64,000 bases of DNA from an uncultured Methanospirillum sp. (lineage in GTDB: Archaea; Halobacteriota; Methanomicrobia; Methanomicrobiales; Methanospirillaceae). Location of the stretch: contig CAZWTX010000001.1 of NCBI GenBank assembly GCA_964637135.1, forward strand, positions 1-64,000, written 5' to 3'. Below are positions 11,005-22,743 of this stretch, one piece after another. Below the pieces are notes generated by a model, which was given only the letters and a program-made list of their open reading frames with translations, made no database searches and was not told the DNA's origin. Both the position numbers and the translations under genes were made by a program. Within the stretch, counting starts at the first letter, position 1. Every line of letters starts with the position of its first letter.

Positions 11005-11424
11005 GTGATAATATCTATCATTGGTGGGGGGTATCACGTGGATACTGGGCAGTATTTTTCAGAGATTGATGAAGAGATATCACTTATTTTCGTAGATATT
11101 GGGCTAAAAAAGAACACGGCACGGGTACTGACCATCCTGCTCAAGGAGATCAACCTGACATCACGGGAGATCGAGCGATGGGCAGACCTGAGACAACCGG
11201 AAGTGAGTCTCGCAATAACCGACCTGATCAAACGGCGGTGGGTGCAGAAGACTGACAAGAACTCAGAGAACAAAGGCAGACCGGTTCATATATATCACCT
11301 GGCCATTCCGGTTGACAACATTCTTGACGACCTCCAGGGTATGCTCACGGTCTCGTACCAGAAGAGCATGAGCAACCTGGAACGGGTCAGGGAACTTATC
11401 ATGGAAAGCAGGAACAAAGTGTAA
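11005..11424 (+). CDS. Archaeal winged-helix transcriptional regulator
   Basis: TSREIERWADLRQPEVSLA HTH and GRPVHIY wing; start may be the GTG at 11038. Confidence 0.85.
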   Translation: MIISIIGGGYHVDTGQYFSEIDEEISLIFVDIGLKKNTARVLTILLKEINLTSREIERWADLRQPEVSLAITDLIKRRWVQKTDKNSENKGRPVHIYHLAIPVDNILDDLQGMLTVSYQKSMSNLERVRELIMESRNKV

Positions 11425-11672
11425 TTTGTTCGGGGATACCTGTCGGGGGGCAGGTTTCCCGATTATTAGTATCTGATTCAGGAACAGGAGAATAAAATCT
11501 CCATCATTTTGTTTTTCCATTTTTCATGAAGATTGATGATACGTATCAAATCTTTCTTGTAGCACCTAAATAATTTTATAACGGGAATCAAAGTCCTTTT
11601 ACCGTATCCGCCTGTATCTACTCCTGCAAATCCTTCCATGGATATGGCATAGAGATTACGAGACGAATCGTC

Positions 11673-12599
11673 ATGAGTACAGCAGGCGAGAAAGAACGGA
11701 CGGCATTGTTATCAGTTGCCTCAAATACCACCCTTGTTCTTATGAAATTGGTGATCGGGTTAGCTCTTGGCTCGATCAGTATCATTTCCGAAGCGATTCA
11801 CTCTGGGATGGATCTGCTTGCCTCACTGATTGCCTTCATTTCAGTCAGGAAATCAGGTGAAGCGCCAGACCGGGAACATACGTATGGCCACGGAAAATTT
11901 GAATCGATATCAGGGTTGATCGAGGCCTGTCTGATCTTTGTCGCAGCTGGCCTGATCATCTATGAAGCACTTCTCTCCTTCATAGAACCCGGAAATGAAC
12001 CGATGAACGAGACCCTGATGCTTGCCGGGATATCGGTCATGGGAATATCTGCTCTTGTAAATACCTATGTCTCCTCTCGTCTCATGAAGATCGCAAAGAA
12101 GACTGATTCTATTGCGCTTGAAAGTGATGCCTGGCACCTTCGTACTGACATCTATACATCTGCCGGGGTTATGTTCGGTCTCATCCTGATCCGGATCACC
12201 GGTCTCGCTTTTCTAGACTCTGTTGTTGCGATTGCGGTGGCGCTGGTCATCATCAGGACCGCATACGGACTTTCAGTGCGATCATACCGGGATCTGATCG
12301 ATTACCACCTCACCGAAGATGAGGAGAACCGGATAATAACCATCATCTGTGAACACGAATCCGAATATGTTAATTATCACGGACTGAGGACCCGGCGGGC
12401 AGGACCGGAGATTTTTATCGAGTTTCATCTCGTGGTTGAGAAAGATATCACGGTTGAAAGCTCCCATGACCTGACCGATCATCTTGAATCAGATCTTCAC
12501 CTGGAATTTCCCAAAGCACAGGTGACAATCCATGTAGAGCCCAATACCGGTGAAAATGCAAAAACTCCATCATTATGCGAGAAACCCGGGATCAGTTGA
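11673..12599 (+). CDS. Cation diffusion facilitator (FieF-like)
   Basis: EAIHSGMD, HTYGHGKFE, DAWHLRTD, C-terminal IHVEP. Confidence 0.93.
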   Translation: MSTAGEKERTALLSVASNTTLVLMKLVIGLALGSISIISEAIHSGMDLLASLIAFISVRKSGEAPDREHTYGHGKFESISGLIEACLIFVAAGLIIYEALLSFIEPGNEPMNETLMLAGISVMGISALVNTYVSSRLMKIAKKTDSIALESDAWHLRTDIYTSAGVMFGLILIRITGLAFLDSVVAIAVALVIIRTAYGLSVRSYRDLIDYHLTEDEENRIITIICEHESEYVNYHGLRTRRAGPEIFIEFHLVVEKDITVESSHDLTDHLESDLHLEFPKAQVTIHVEPNTGENAKTPSLCEKPGIS

Positions 12600-12869
12600 T
12601 TACACCGTGAGGGATCGGATTTTCTGCAGGATCCGTATCCCCGGCACGGGACAATGTGCAGAACGGATGCGGTTGAACGCTCTGATCAGATAGCTTCTGC
12701 CTGAAATCCATGCGTCGTTGCCATCAGGTTCATCCTGAAACAGTCATGACCCGGATCTATTTCTTTTGACCGATGACACCAGGTAACATTCAGGATGATC
12801 TGATATCAGAGATGATACGCGAGTCCTTATGGCAGATAAGGTCACATATTCACAAAGCTGGGAGTCCTG

Positions 12870-14060
12870 ATGGAAGGAATACTGACAACTCCGGAATTTC
12901 AGATGAGCCTGCTTCTCTTCGTAGCCCTGGCAGGATATCTCATCGCTTCACGTATCAACCAGTCTGCCGTTATCGGCCTGATCCTGGTAGGTATCCTCGT
13001 CGGTCCGAGTGTCCTCCATCTTGTCGAGTATACCACCTTTATCAGCAGCCTCGCCGGTCTTGGAGCGGTAATCCTCCTCTTTGTAATCGGACTCGAATTC
13101 CAGCTCAAAGACATCGTGGTTCCAAGAAACGCGGTAATTGCACTTCTTGGCGTGATTATCCCCTGGATCGGCGGCTTTGGGATTGCCGAACTCTGGGGAT
13201 TCCCGTTATCCGGATCGATCTTTATTGGCACAGCACTCACGGCAACGAGTATCGCTATCACGGCCAATGTTCTCCGTGAGCTTGACCAGCTCCAGTCTGA
13301 TGCAGCAAAGGTGATCATCGGAGCAGCCGTGATCGATGATGTACTCAGCCTGATTGCCCTCGCGATAAGCAATGATATCGTCATGGGAACCCTCACCCTT
13401 ACCGGGATCGGGGTTCTTATCCTGAAAGCCGTTCTCTTCATCGTTCTTGGAACCGTACTCGGAATCGTCGTGGTAAGCCGGCTCATCAGCGGGCTTGACC
13501 GGACAAAGCTTGCCGGAAAATATCCTGAATTCACGTTCATATTTGCGATGATGATGGCGTTCTTCTATGCCATGATCGCAGAACTCGTCGGACTCTCCGC
13601 GATAGTCGGAGCGTTCATCGCCGGGGTCTCGTTCTCAGACGTGATGCTGACCCAGAGCAAGAACCTGAAGGAAGGAGCCGAATATCTCCAGATTATCTTT
13701 GCGTCGATATTCTTCGTTTCCCTGGGGATTATCGCCGATCTTCATGCATTAACCCTGGAGATCGGGATATTTGTCCTGGTACTGACGGTCGTAGCAGTAG
13801 CTACGAAGGTGATCGGTTGCGGAATCCCATCATATCTCTGCGGTCTTTCATTGAAAGACTCCCTTGTCGTCGGATTCGGAATGGCACCACGGGGTGAAGT
13901 AGCCATGATTGTTGCCCTCATCGGGCTTGAGGAAGGGGTGATTGACCAGGGAGTCTATGTAACGCTGGTCCTGATGGCATTGTTCACGACGCTCCTCACG
14001 CCGATTGTGTACCGGAGCTGGCTGTACCGGGATGACCTCCACAGACAACTTCATGAATAG
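12870..14060 (+). CDS. Cation:proton antiporter (CPA2, NapA-like)
   Basis: Polytopic membrane protein; ATSIAIT, AAVIDD, MAPRGE. Confidence 0.9.
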   Translation: MEGILTTPEFQMSLLLFVALAGYLIASRINQSAVIGLILVGILVGPSVLHLVEYTTFISSLAGLGAVILLFVIGLEFQLKDIVVPRNAVIALLGVIIPWIGGFGIAELWGFPLSGSIFIGTALTATSIAITANVLRELDQLQSDAAKVIIGAAVIDDVLSLIALAISNDIVMGTLTLTGIGVLILKAVLFIVLGTVLGIVVVSRLISGLDRTKLAGKYPEFTFIFAMMMAFFYAMIAELVGLSAIVGAFIAGVSFSDVMLTQSKNLKEGAEYLQIIFASIFFVSLGIIADLHALTLEIGIFVLVLTVVAVATKVIGCGIPSYLCGLSLKDSLVVGFGMAPRGEVAMIVALIGLEEGVIDQGVYVTLVLMALFTTLLTPIVYRSWLYRDDLHRQLHE

Positions 14061-14155
14061 GTCCCCGCAGTGATCCCCCTTATCCCCGGGAGGGGGGCAT
14101 CCCCTAAAAAAACCTGGGGATCAGGTATGAATATCCTGAAACCCATGAGGTACCA

Positions 14156-15913
14156 GTGCACGATCTGGATCTCATACTCACACTTGCCGGCGGGTTTGGG
14201 GCGGCCCTGCTCTTTGGGTATATCACCCACCGGCTCGGGCTTTCTCCTATTGTCGGGTACCTCCTTGCCGGGATCGTCGTCAGCCCGAACACACCCGGGT
14301 TTATTGCCAATACAGATCTTGCAAACCAGCTTGCAGAAATAGGCGTCATCCTGCTCATGTTCGGAGTGGGTCTGCAGTTCCATTTCAAGGAATTTTTTGC
14401 AGTCAGAAAGATTGCCATTCCCGGTGCCTTGATCCAGAGCCTCGCCGCCACCATTCTCGGGGCACTGATCATGCACGGGATGGGGTGGAACTGGTCTGCC
14501 GGCATCGTCTTCGGACTTGCCATTTCAGTTGCCAGTACCGTTGTCCTGACCCGGGTACTTGCTGATAATAATGATCTCCATACCCGGACCGGGCATATAG
14601 CCATCGGCTGGCTCGTAATGGAAGATCTCTTCACCGTCTTCGTGCTGGTCCTCCTTCCTGCAGTCTTTGGAACGGCCGTTATGGGAGCCGTCGGCCTGGC
14701 AACCGCTGCCGGTATTGCAACGGGAAAGATCATTATCCTCGGTCTCATCCTGTTTGCCGTTGGCGGATGGGTCATTCCCCGGATCCTCACCAATATCGCG
14801 AATACTGGATCACGGGAACTGTTTACCCTTTCCATCCTGGCAATTGCCCTGTGCATCGCTATTGTCTCATCGATCCTTTTTTCAGTTTCGATGGCACTCG
14901 GGGCATTCCTCGCAGGCATGGTCGTCGGCCGGTCGGAATTCAGCCTTCGTGCCGCTACCGAGGCGCTTCCCCTCAGGGATGCATTTGCCGTTCTCTTTTT
15001 TGTATCGGTTGGAATGCTCTTTGATTACACGAGTCTCCTTGAATACCCCCTGCTCGTGATTGCGACCCTTCTTGTCATCCTCGTGGGAAAACCCCTGGTG
15101 GCGTTCTGTTTCGCAGCCGTCCTCCGGTACCCGCTCCGGGTTTGTCTCCAGGTTGCGATTGTTCTCTCGCAGATCGGAGAATTTTCATTCATTCTCGCCA
15201 CCATGGGAACCGATCTCGATATCCTTCCTCCCTCTGCGGTCAATATTCTCGTAGCGGCAGCCATCATCTCCATCACCCTGAATCCCATCCTCTACCGGGC
15301 GATCCGAAATGGTGAATGCTGGATAGCCCGGACCTGCCCGGGGCTGATTCGATCGTTCGACCAGCGGTGTTCGCTCGGAGGGGAAGAAAACACTCCTCCT
15401 GAACCTGATTTGGAAACCCCCCGGGCGGTTGTGATCGGGTACGGACCGATCGGGCGGACAGTTGTCAGGCTGCTCAGGGAGAACGAGATCGATCTGACAA
15501 TCGTGGAACTGAATATCGAAACAGTCAAGGCGCTCCATACCACGGGCATTCGAGCCGTGTACGGGGATGCCACCCGGGCAGACACGCTTGCGGGAGCAGG
15601 AGTGAAGAACGCAGATGTCCTGGTGATAAGTGTTCCGCATACCGGGGGAAGTAGCGAGATAGTCCGGCAGGCAAAGATTCTCAATCCCCGGATCCGGATT
15701 ATTGCCCGGACCGGATATCTCGGTGAAATCAATGATCTGCACGATGCCGGGGCTGATGCCGTCTTCTCTGATGAAGGGGAAGTGGCCCTCTCCATGACTG
15801 AGTATATCCTCCGGATCAACGGGGCAACTCCGGACCAGATTGACCGCGAACGTGACCGTGTTCACTCTGATCTCTTCTTCAAAAAGAGAGTGATGCTGTC
15901 CGATGAGGACTGA
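14156..15913 (+). CDS. Kef-type CPA2 antiporter with TrkA-N (RCK) domain (YbaL-like)
   Basis: EIGVILLMFGVGL, SQIGEFSF, C-terminal VIGYGPIG. Confidence 0.9.
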   Translation: MHDLDLILTLAGGFGAALLFGYITHRLGLSPIVGYLLAGIVVSPNTPGFIANTDLANQLAEIGVILLMFGVGLQFHFKEFFAVRKIAIPGALIQSLAATILGALIMHGMGWNWSAGIVFGLAISVASTVVLTRVLADNNDLHTRTGHIAIGWLVMEDLFTVFVLVLLPAVFGTAVMGAVGLATAAGIATGKIIILGLILFAVGGWVIPRILTNIANTGSRELFTLSILAIALCIAIVSSILFSVSMALGAFLAGMVVGRSEFSLRAATEALPLRDAFAVLFFVSVGMLFDYTSLLEYPLLVIATLLVILVGKPLVAFCFAAVLRYPLRVCLQVAIVLSQIGEFSFILATMGTDLDILPPSAVNILVAAAIISITLNPILYRAIRNGECWIARTCPGLIRSFDQRCSLGGEENTPPEPDLETPRAVVIGYGPIGRTVVRLLRENEIDLTIVELNIETVKALHTTGIRAVYGDATRADTLAGAGVKNADVLVISVPHTGGSSEIVRQAKILNPRIRIIARTGYLGEINDLHDAGADAVFSDEGEVALSMTEYILRINGATPDQIDRERDRVHSDLFFKKRVMLSDED

Positions 15914-16005
15914 ACCGGAAGGGGTGAACCCGGAACCGGGATCCTGGCAGAGGTAATCCGGGTTACCCGGATTAATTTTCGTGCACTCCCTGTATTCAGT
16001 TTAAT

Positions 16006-16914
16006 TTATGCAATTGACGGTAACCGGTCTGCCGGAACGGTCCTGCTCTCCCTGTCCGATGGTATTCCCGGTACAAGGTGCCGGTACCATACATGCATGC
16101 TCTCGAAATGACCACAAATTTGCGTATTTTTTACGAGCATTCCTCCGTGATAATATCCTTCTTTCCGGAAGACGGCATTGATCGGGTAAAGACTGGCACG
16201 GCAGATGGTGTACACGGTCAGTATGCCGGCCTCCTGCATTGCCCGTTCCATCGCCTTGAGAAGAACAGTTGCATACCCCATTCCCCTGAACGCGATTCCG
16301 GTAGCAAAATCAGTCATCTCTGCAGACTGGCTATCCGGGTCCACCTCGGCAGAGGAACAGGCAGCAATACTCCCTCCCGCCGGGATATAGAAGTACCGGA
16401 CTCCTATCTGCATGCTTTGCCTGATGTATGCGGGGTCCTGGATGGGAAAGGGGTAGGTCGGGAAGGTGTCTGCGTACAATCCGGCAATTCGTCCGGCATC
16501 TTCCGGTCCGGCTTCCTGAAGAACAGTCTTTGGCTGATTTTGAATACATTCCGATATCTGATGATTTAATACCCGGGCTAATAACTGGGTGATTGTCTCC
16601 TTTTCTTCCAAGGCACGCCAGTCAGCCAGGAACCGTGAGAGGAAGAGGCCATCCTCTTTTCCCCGGTACAGTCCGGGGATGACTGCTTCGGTCACAAACC
16701 CTGCCTCTTCAAACCCCGGTTTGAATTCTGCCGGGATCTTTGCCAGGATCTTTGAATAGCCTTTTTCTTCTGCCAGCCTGAGGAGGGTTCTGACGATCCC
16801 CGGGTAATCCTCTCGGGATAGTTTCAGGAGATAGACCCGGTCGTTCAGAGGGCCGTGCTGGACGATACTCTTCCCGATCTGCCCGACAAAATCACTCAAT
16901 TTCTCTCCTTTCAA
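16006..16914 (-). CDS. ablB: Beta-lysine N-acetyltransferase
   Basis: GNAT fold with [25 protein letters not shown]; directly downstream of lysine 2,3-aminomutase. Confidence 0.9.
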   Translation of the reverse strand: MKGEKLSDFVGQIGKSIVQHGPLNDRVYLLKLSREDYPGIVRTLLRLAEEKGYSKILAKIPAEFKPGFEEAGFVTEAVIPGLYRGKEDGLFLSRFLADWRALEEKETITQLLARVLNHQISECIQNQPKTVLQEAGPEDAGRIAGLYADTFPTYPFPIQDPAYIRQSMQIGVRYFYIPAGGSIAACSSAEVDPDSQSAEMTDFATGIAFRGMGYATVLLKAMERAMQEAGILTVYTICRASLYPINAVFRKEGYYHGGMLVKNTQICGHFESMHVWYRHLVPGIPSDRESRTVPADRLPSIA

Positions 16915-18202
16915 TCCGGCCGGTTCCGCCCGGAATGAGGGTAATCTGTTTATCGTAATCAGAAAGGAGCCGTTCTATCCCCTCAGCCCGTGACTCGTCG
17001 GCAGGCTGCACGGGAAGCTGAAGAGAGCACTCTCTGCAGTTACGATCACAGAAAACGGCAGTGTACCGGTCCGGTTCCCGGTACGTTGAAAACATCCCTT
17101 CATAATTACGGAGAACCACCTTGTTGGTCGACCAGGAGATGAGGTAATTTGGCATAACCGGAATTTTTCCCCCACCTCCCGGAGCGTCGATCACATAGGT
17201 TGGAACGGCAAGGCCCGATGTATGGCCAACCAGGCTTTCGATAATCTCGATCCCTTTTCCTATCGGGGTGCGGAAATGGGCCAGTCCTTCAGAGAGATCA
17301 CACTGGAAGAGATAGTATGGCCGGATACGGTTTTTCACCAGTTTCTGCACGAGAAATTTCATGATACGGGGGCAGTCATTCACCCCGGCAAGAAGAACAG
17401 ACTGGTTTCCAAGGGGAATGCCGGCATCGGCGAGCATTGCGATTGCCTGCTCTGATGAACGGGTAATTTCCCTCGGATGGTTGTAATGGGTATTGATCCA
17501 GAGCGGGTGATGTTTCCGGAGAACCCGTACCAGTCCTTCAGTCACCCGGAAGGGAAGCACAACAGGAACGCGGGTTCCGATCCGGATGATCTCCACGTGG
17601 GGGATGTTCCTGACCTCCGAGAGGATCCAGTCCAGGGTCTCATCAGAGAGCAGAAGGGGATCTCCCCCTGACAGGAGAACATCGCGGATCTCAGGGTGAA
17701 CGGCGATGTAGTCCAGCCCTGCCCTCAATTCTTCCCGGGTCGGGTTGAAAGACGTATCACCGACCTTTCGCTTTCTTGTGCAGTGCCGGCAGTACATGGC
17801 ACAGGAGGTACTTACGATAAACAGAACCCGGTCCGGGTACCGGTGGGTAATGCATGGTGCGGGGCTGTCTTTTTCTTCAGCCAGGGGATCGGGCATATCG
17901 CATGATTCAATGATCAGTTCTTCGGGTGAGGGAAACGACTGCCTGAAGACAGGATCGTTTGCATAATCATCGCGGTCGATGAGGGAGAGGTAATATGGAG
18001 TGATGCTCATCGGGAAACGGGCAATGGTTTCTTCAAGATGAGCCTGTGTTTCAGGAGGAAAAGAGATGCCAAGCAATTCTTCCACGACTGCAATATCGGT
18101 CACAAGATGACTCATGTGCCAGTGCCAGTCTTTCCATTGGGTTTTTTCTCCCCCCCGATCCAGTTTTTTCAGGATAAAATGTTCATGCGAAATTTCTGTC
18201 AT
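16892..18202 (-). CDS. ablA: Lysine 2,3-aminomutase
   Basis: [20 protein letters not shown] radical-SAM motif, [10 protein letters not shown]; start refined to MTEISHE. Confidence 0.95.
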   Translation of the reverse strand: MTEISHEHFILKKLDRGGEKTQWKDWHWHMSHLVTDIAVVEELLGISFPPETQAHLEETIARFPMSITPYYLSLIDRDDYANDPVFRQSFPSPEELIIESCDMPDPLAEEKDSPAPCITHRYPDRVLFIVSTSCAMYCRHCTRKRKVGDTSFNPTREELRAGLDYIAVHPEIRDVLLSGGDPLLLSDETLDWILSEVRNIPHVEIIRIGTRVPVVLPFRVTEGLVRVLRKHHPLWINTHYNHPREITRSSEQAIAMLADAGIPLGNQSVLLAGVNDCPRIMKFLVQKLVKNRIRPYYLFQCDLSEGLAHFRTPIGKGIEIIESLVGHTSGLAVPTYVIDAPGGGGKIPVMPNYLISWSTNKVVLRNYEGMFSTYREPDRYTAVFCDRNCRECSLQLPVQPADESRAEGIERLLSDYDKQITLIPGGTGRIERREIE

Positions 18203-18456
18203 AACATGCTCCAAAATGAGGAACGAACGGCAGACCACCAACACGAAAGGAATGGATAAAGACCTGATATCGTATCAAGCGTCAAACCGCCCGGGTAACC
18301 CGGGTCCGACGGATACCATTTATTCTGAGACGTGAAAGCATTTCTCCCGAGATTAACTTAGATATTAATAATTAAATAAATAAAAAAGTCAGTGTGAGAA
18401 ATAAAAAAATAATATTACTGCATCTATATATCCTATTGAAGAGATTTCTCATCTGT

Positions 18457-20283
18457 TCATGAAGCAGAATATTGTGACCGGAAATATACTTTCAGAATAT
18501 CCGTGCGGGTGATAAATCCAACCAGCCGGTCTGGATTATCCTCTGAAACCACCGGAAGATGATTTATGTTATGGGTCACCATCATGGTGAGTGCTTCTTC
18601 AAGCGTTCCAGAGGGAAAAACAAGGTGCAGCCGGGTTGACATGATTTTTTCAACCCGATTATCGGTTCCCTCATTGACCAGTGAATTCCTCACATCACGG
18701 TTTGTAATGATGCCGATAAGTATGTCTGACCTGATCACCGGATACCCGGTATGATTTGTCAGTACCATCTGCTGAAGAACGTGATCCATGGTATCATCTG
18801 GAGTACAGGTGAGTACTTTCCCGACAGGAGTCATGCTCTCCCCAATCTTTATTCTTTCAAGGATTTTCCGGTCAAATTCTCCACGGTGTGCATCCGAATA
18901 TGCCTTTGTGGGAACCTGTTCACGAAAGATTGAACGCTCTCCCGTCAGGAGATTGGAAATTGAGACTGCTGCCATCGCCGGGATAAGAATGGTAATACTT
19001 CCTACCATCTCAACAACCATGATCAACACCGCAATAGGCGCATTTGCTACCGCTCCAAAAAGGGAGATCATCCCCACGATAACGAATACCGGTACAGTTT
19101 CTATGGGAACATATTCCGGACTGATAATATGGAAAATCATGCCGACAGCCCCCCCGGTCGCTGCCCCGATTGTTAATCCAGGTGCAAAAACGCCACCACT
19201 GCCCCCTGAACCGAGAGTCAGGGAAGTAGCGAGAATTTTGAAGAACGGCAGAAGAATCATTACCAGGAGCGGAACCATGGAATATAACATCAACTGCGTA
19301 TATCCATAACTCGAACCGAGCCCGGCAAGTCCAACCATTTCGCATTCCGGCGATATCAGTGAGAGGGAAATCACTGTCAGACCAAGGATAACAGCTCCGG
19401 TTACCGGTTTGAGATACAAAGGAAGATGGTGTTTTTTGAAAAAAGAAGCAAAAAAATCCTTTGTCCAGTAAAAAGTGCCGATATACAAATGGCCGAATCC
19501 GGCACAGCAGACACCGAGAATAAAAAACAAGGGGATCTGCTGGATTGTCCAAACGTGGGTAACAAGGGTGAAGATGGGATAATATCCTTCAAAAAACCCA
19601 AAAATCGCATATCCTATCACCGAAGCGATAAATGCAGGTATGATGGCATCTGATTCAAAATCCCGTGTATAAAGGACTTCTGCAGCTAACACTGCCCCAC
19701 CCAGGGGAGCTTTAAATATTGTTCCAATACCGGCTCCGATTCCGGTTGTCAATGCAATTTTCCGTTCCTGTGGAGACAGGTGAAGAAGATCGGCTACAAG
19801 CGATCCAAGTCCGGCTGATATCTGGGCAGATGGTCCTTCCCTTCCGGCACTTCCCCCGGTTGAGATGGTGAGTATTGATGTAACCGCTTTAAGTACTGGT
19901 ATCTGCCAGCGGATCCTGCTGTTTCCATGAAATGCTTTTATTGCAGCATCGGTTCCATGCCCTTCCGCTTCGGGGGCAAATTTCGTCACGAGGATACCAG
20001 TCATCAGACTGCCAAAACATAATACCGGAAGAAGGAGCCAGAGAGATGAAGGATCTGTCCATTGACTGATTTCTGCAATACTCTGCCCTTCCTGCGGATA
20101 GGAATAACCAAGGAGGTATCCCATGAAGAACGCAGTACCCCATTTTAATCCATTATAAAAAAGAAGAGATCCAATGCCGGCGATGATTCCAATAATGATA
20201 GCAATACCAAGAATTCTCTTTGAAGGTGCTGTCATCGACGGAAATGCTACCATAATAACTCCGGAAATGGTATACTCATTCAC
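18457..20283 (-). CDS. CLC chloride channel/antiporter with two CBS domains
   Basis: GGSAGREGP, GGSGGVFAP, C-terminal CBS pair. Confidence 0.93.
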   Translation of the reverse strand: MNEYTISGVIMVAFPSMTAPSKRILGIAIIIGIIAGIGSLLFYNGLKWGTAFFMGYLLGYSYPQEGQSIAEISQWTDPSSLWLLLPVLCFGSLMTGILVTKFAPEAEGHGTDAAIKAFHGNSRIRWQIPVLKAVTSILTISTGGSAGREGPSAQISAGLGSLVADLLHLSPQERKIALTTGIGAGIGTIFKAPLGGAVLAAEVLYTRDFESDAIIPAFIASVIGYAIFGFFEGYYPIFTLVTHVWTIQQIPLFFILGVCCAGFGHLYIGTFYWTKDFFASFFKKHHLPLYLKPVTGAVILGLTVISLSLISPECEMVGLAGLGSSYGYTQLMLYSMVPLLVMILLPFFKILATSLTLGSGGSGGVFAPGLTIGAATGGAVGMIFHIISPEYVPIETVPVFVIVGMISLFGAVANAPIAVLIMVVEMVGSITILIPAMAAVSISNLLTGERSIFREQVPTKAYSDAHRGEFDRKILERIKIGESMTPVGKVLTCTPDDTMDHVLQQMVLTNHTGYPVIRSDILIGIITNRDVRNSLVNEGTDNRVEKIMSTRLHLVFPSGTLEEALTMMVTHNINHLPVVSEDNPDRLVGFITRTDILKVYFRSQYSAS

Positions 20284-20959
20284 CTCTCATCTGCAATATT
20301 CATCCAGGGATCGCACATACCGGATTTGTTCCCCTCCATGGGTAATTCTTCCGTATTGATCCTGCGGAGTTTCCCTTGTGATTCAGGAACATATCAAATC
20401 TGATTCTTTTTCAGGAAATGGGGGAGTAATTCTCAACTATCCTGAAAATTTCGTGTATTGAATTGGTACTCCTCATCTCTTTTCTGTCATAAGAAAAGAG
20501 GATTCATTCTCTCGATTTGTACTGATATTGCCCAGTCAACAGGATACCAGACAAATGGAGGAAAAATAAGATGAGCGAGATTTCACCGGAATCACCAGGC
20601 TGATCAAATAACGGAGCGGTCAGACATTCAGATGTGATACCTGGTGATGACATCCAGCACTCCGAGACATCTCTATTGCCACAATTTATATGAAATACTG
20701 GTCTGTACCGCCCGTTACTACATCCTATGAATCTTTGATGAATCCGGATGGGTTCTTCCGGTTCTCATTTGAAAATATTTCAATATTCCATAGATTCGTA
20801 GATTATCAGTCATATAAATGGCCAGAATTCCAGGATGAGCGGTATCGAAACGATGACATTCACGATCTCAAGCGGGAGACCGGGCCGTCAGTAAACTCCG
20901 AATCGGAGTCCTGCCGGGGTAGGAGAGGTTTCCATACCATGGCAGGATGATCCCACTGT

Positions 20960-21805
20960 TCAGGTAATGACTGCCTGTTCGACGGCATGCCTCGCAAAGA
21001 GGAAGGCTGCCAGGGCAAATATGGCAAGGTAGATGAAGGATATGAGTATCTCCCCGCCGGTATAGACAAACTCGAATCCGATTGCCGAGAAATGGTCTCC
21101 CAGCGTGAAGAACCGGAGTCCGTTCGTCAGATGGGTAAGCGGATTGAACAGGGCAAGTTCCCGGATGACCGGAGGCAGTCCGCTGAGCGGGTAGAGTGCG
21201 TTGGAAGCGAAGAATGCCGGCATTCCAAGGACGGTGATGATCCCTTCGTACCCTTCCGGTGAGGAGGCTTTCATGGCGATGTACACCGAGATGCAGAGAA
21301 CCGCCACCGAGAAGAGACTGATAAAGAGGATGATCCCGGCAAGAGAGAAGATCATCCCGGCCGGGGTCTGGCCGGCACAGAATGACATTCCAAGGATGAG
21401 TCCGAGAAGGATGATAATCGTTGTCTGGATGAGGGATTTGACGACCGTCGAGAGTGCGATACCAAGAACGAGATCTCCCCGTGGCATCGGACTTGCCATG
21501 ATCTCCCGGAGTATCCCCCAGTTTTTATCCATCAGGATTCCGAACCCGCCGGCCATGTTTGCAAAGAGGATCGTTACCGCAATCATTCCCGGCACCATGA
21601 AAGTCAGGTATCCGATCTGCGGGATACCGGGCTGGACTATTCCCGGCCCGAGCGCCTGCTGAAAGGTTCCGGCCATGGCAAACCCGAAGAGGGCTATCCA
21701 GAGAACCGGGTGAAGGAGGGAGATGAAGAGCTGATCGCGAAACCTCAGGTACCGTCGCATGTCGCGTCTGAATACAGGGATAAAACCAAAATTCATGGAA
21801 CTCAC
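20960..21805 (-). CDS. ABC-2 type exporter permease (DrrB-like)
   Basis: About 6 TM; FASNALYP, NPLTH; coupled to the ATPase gene. Confidence 0.9.
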   Translation of the reverse strand: MSSMNFGFIPVFRRDMRRYLRFRDQLFISLLHPVLWIALFGFAMAGTFQQALGPGIVQPGIPQIGYLTFMVPGMIAVTILFANMAGGFGILMDKNWGILREIMASPMPRGDLVLGIALSTVVKSLIQTTIIILLGLILGMSFCAGQTPAGMIFSLAGIILFISLFSVAVLCISVYIAMKASSPEGYEGIITVLGMPAFFASNALYPLSGLPPVIRELALFNPLTHLTNGLRFFTLGDHFSAIGFEFVYTGGEILISFIYLAIFALAAFLFARHAVEQAVIT

Positions 21806-22743
21806 TCCCTGAACCCTGTTCCCGTGTAATGGAGAAAAACGTCATCCATTGACGGTTTCTTCAGATTCACCGCGATAATTCCGATGGCATGGTCATCGAG
21901 TGTTCTGATGATATCAGGGAGAATTTCTGCCCCGTCGATGCCGGCATAGATGGTTATCTGATTGGTATGCTGTTGGATCTGGTCGATTCCGGGAAGTGAA
22001 CGTATCAGCGATTCGGCTTTTTGGTTATCGGTTGTCATGATGGTAATCAGGTCTTTCCCAAGACCGTTCTTCAGCTCATCCGGTGTTCCCGTCGTGATAA
22101 TTCTGCCGTGATCGATCAGGGCGATCCGGTCTGACAGGATGTCTGCTTCGTCCATGTAATGGGTCGTCATGAAAATGGTGGTTCCTTCCCGGTTGACCAA
22201 CCGGAGGTACTCCCAGGTCTTCTGCCGGGTCTGTGGATCCAGTCCGATCGTTGGTTCGTCAAGAAACAGGATGGCCGGCCGGGTGAGAAGACCGCGGGCG
22301 ATCTCAAGCCGGCGTTTCATTCCACCCGAGAGGGTTGAGACAAGAGCATCTTCTTTCTCTCCGAGTTCCACCATGTCGAGCAATTCCCGGATTCGTGCTG
22401 CTTTCTCTGCCCGGTCCATCCGGTAGATGTCTGCGTGAAAGTCAAGGCTCTCCCTGACCGTCATATCCTTGTCAAGGGTAATCTGTTGGAATACTATCCC
22501 AATCGCCTGCCTGACGCCGGTCCGGTCAGTCCTGAGGTTGTACCCGGCGATGGTAACCTCTCCTTCCTGCATCGGGAGCAGGGTGATGAGCGTATTGATC
22601 ACCGTTGTTTTTCCTGCCCCGTTCGGACCGAGAAATGAGAATATCTCCCCTTTCAAAACCTCAAACGTGATGTTGTCGACTGCCCGGGTTTCTCCATAGG
22701 CATACGAGAACCCGGATACGGAGAGTATTGCTTCGTTATTCAT
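21802..22743 (-). CDS. ABC exporter ATP-binding protein (DrrA-like)
   Basis: GPNGAGKT, LSGGMKRRLEIA, DEPTIGLD, PSMDDVFL. Confidence 0.93.
   Translation of the reverse strand: MNNEAILSVSGFSYAYGETRAVDNITFEVLKGEIFSFLGPNGAGKTTVINTLITLLPMQEGEVTIAGYNLRTDRTGVRQAIGIVFQQITLDKDMTVRESLDFHADIYRMDRAEKAARIRELLDMVELGEKEDALVSTLSGGMKRRLEIARGLLTRPAILFLDEPTIGLDPQTRQKTWEYLRLVNREGTTIFMTTHYMDEADILSDRIALIDHGRIITTGTPDELKNGLGKDLITIMTTDNQKAESLIRSLPGIDQIQQHTNQITIYAGIDGAEILPDIIRTLDDHAIGIIAVNLKKPSMDDVFLHYTGTGFRE

Noticed and set aside
15954..18303. CCGGGTTACCCGG and CCGGGTAACCCGG quasi-palindromes on either side of ablAB as mobile-element ends
   Set aside because: They are short, built from CCGG (very frequent in this sequence), and have no transposase or target duplication.
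20284..20959. Possible fluoride riboswitch or small gene upstream of the CLC gene
   Set aside because: I could not find a crcB-type motif, the CLC lacks the fluoride-type GNNLI signature, and the small ORFs have no recognisable features.
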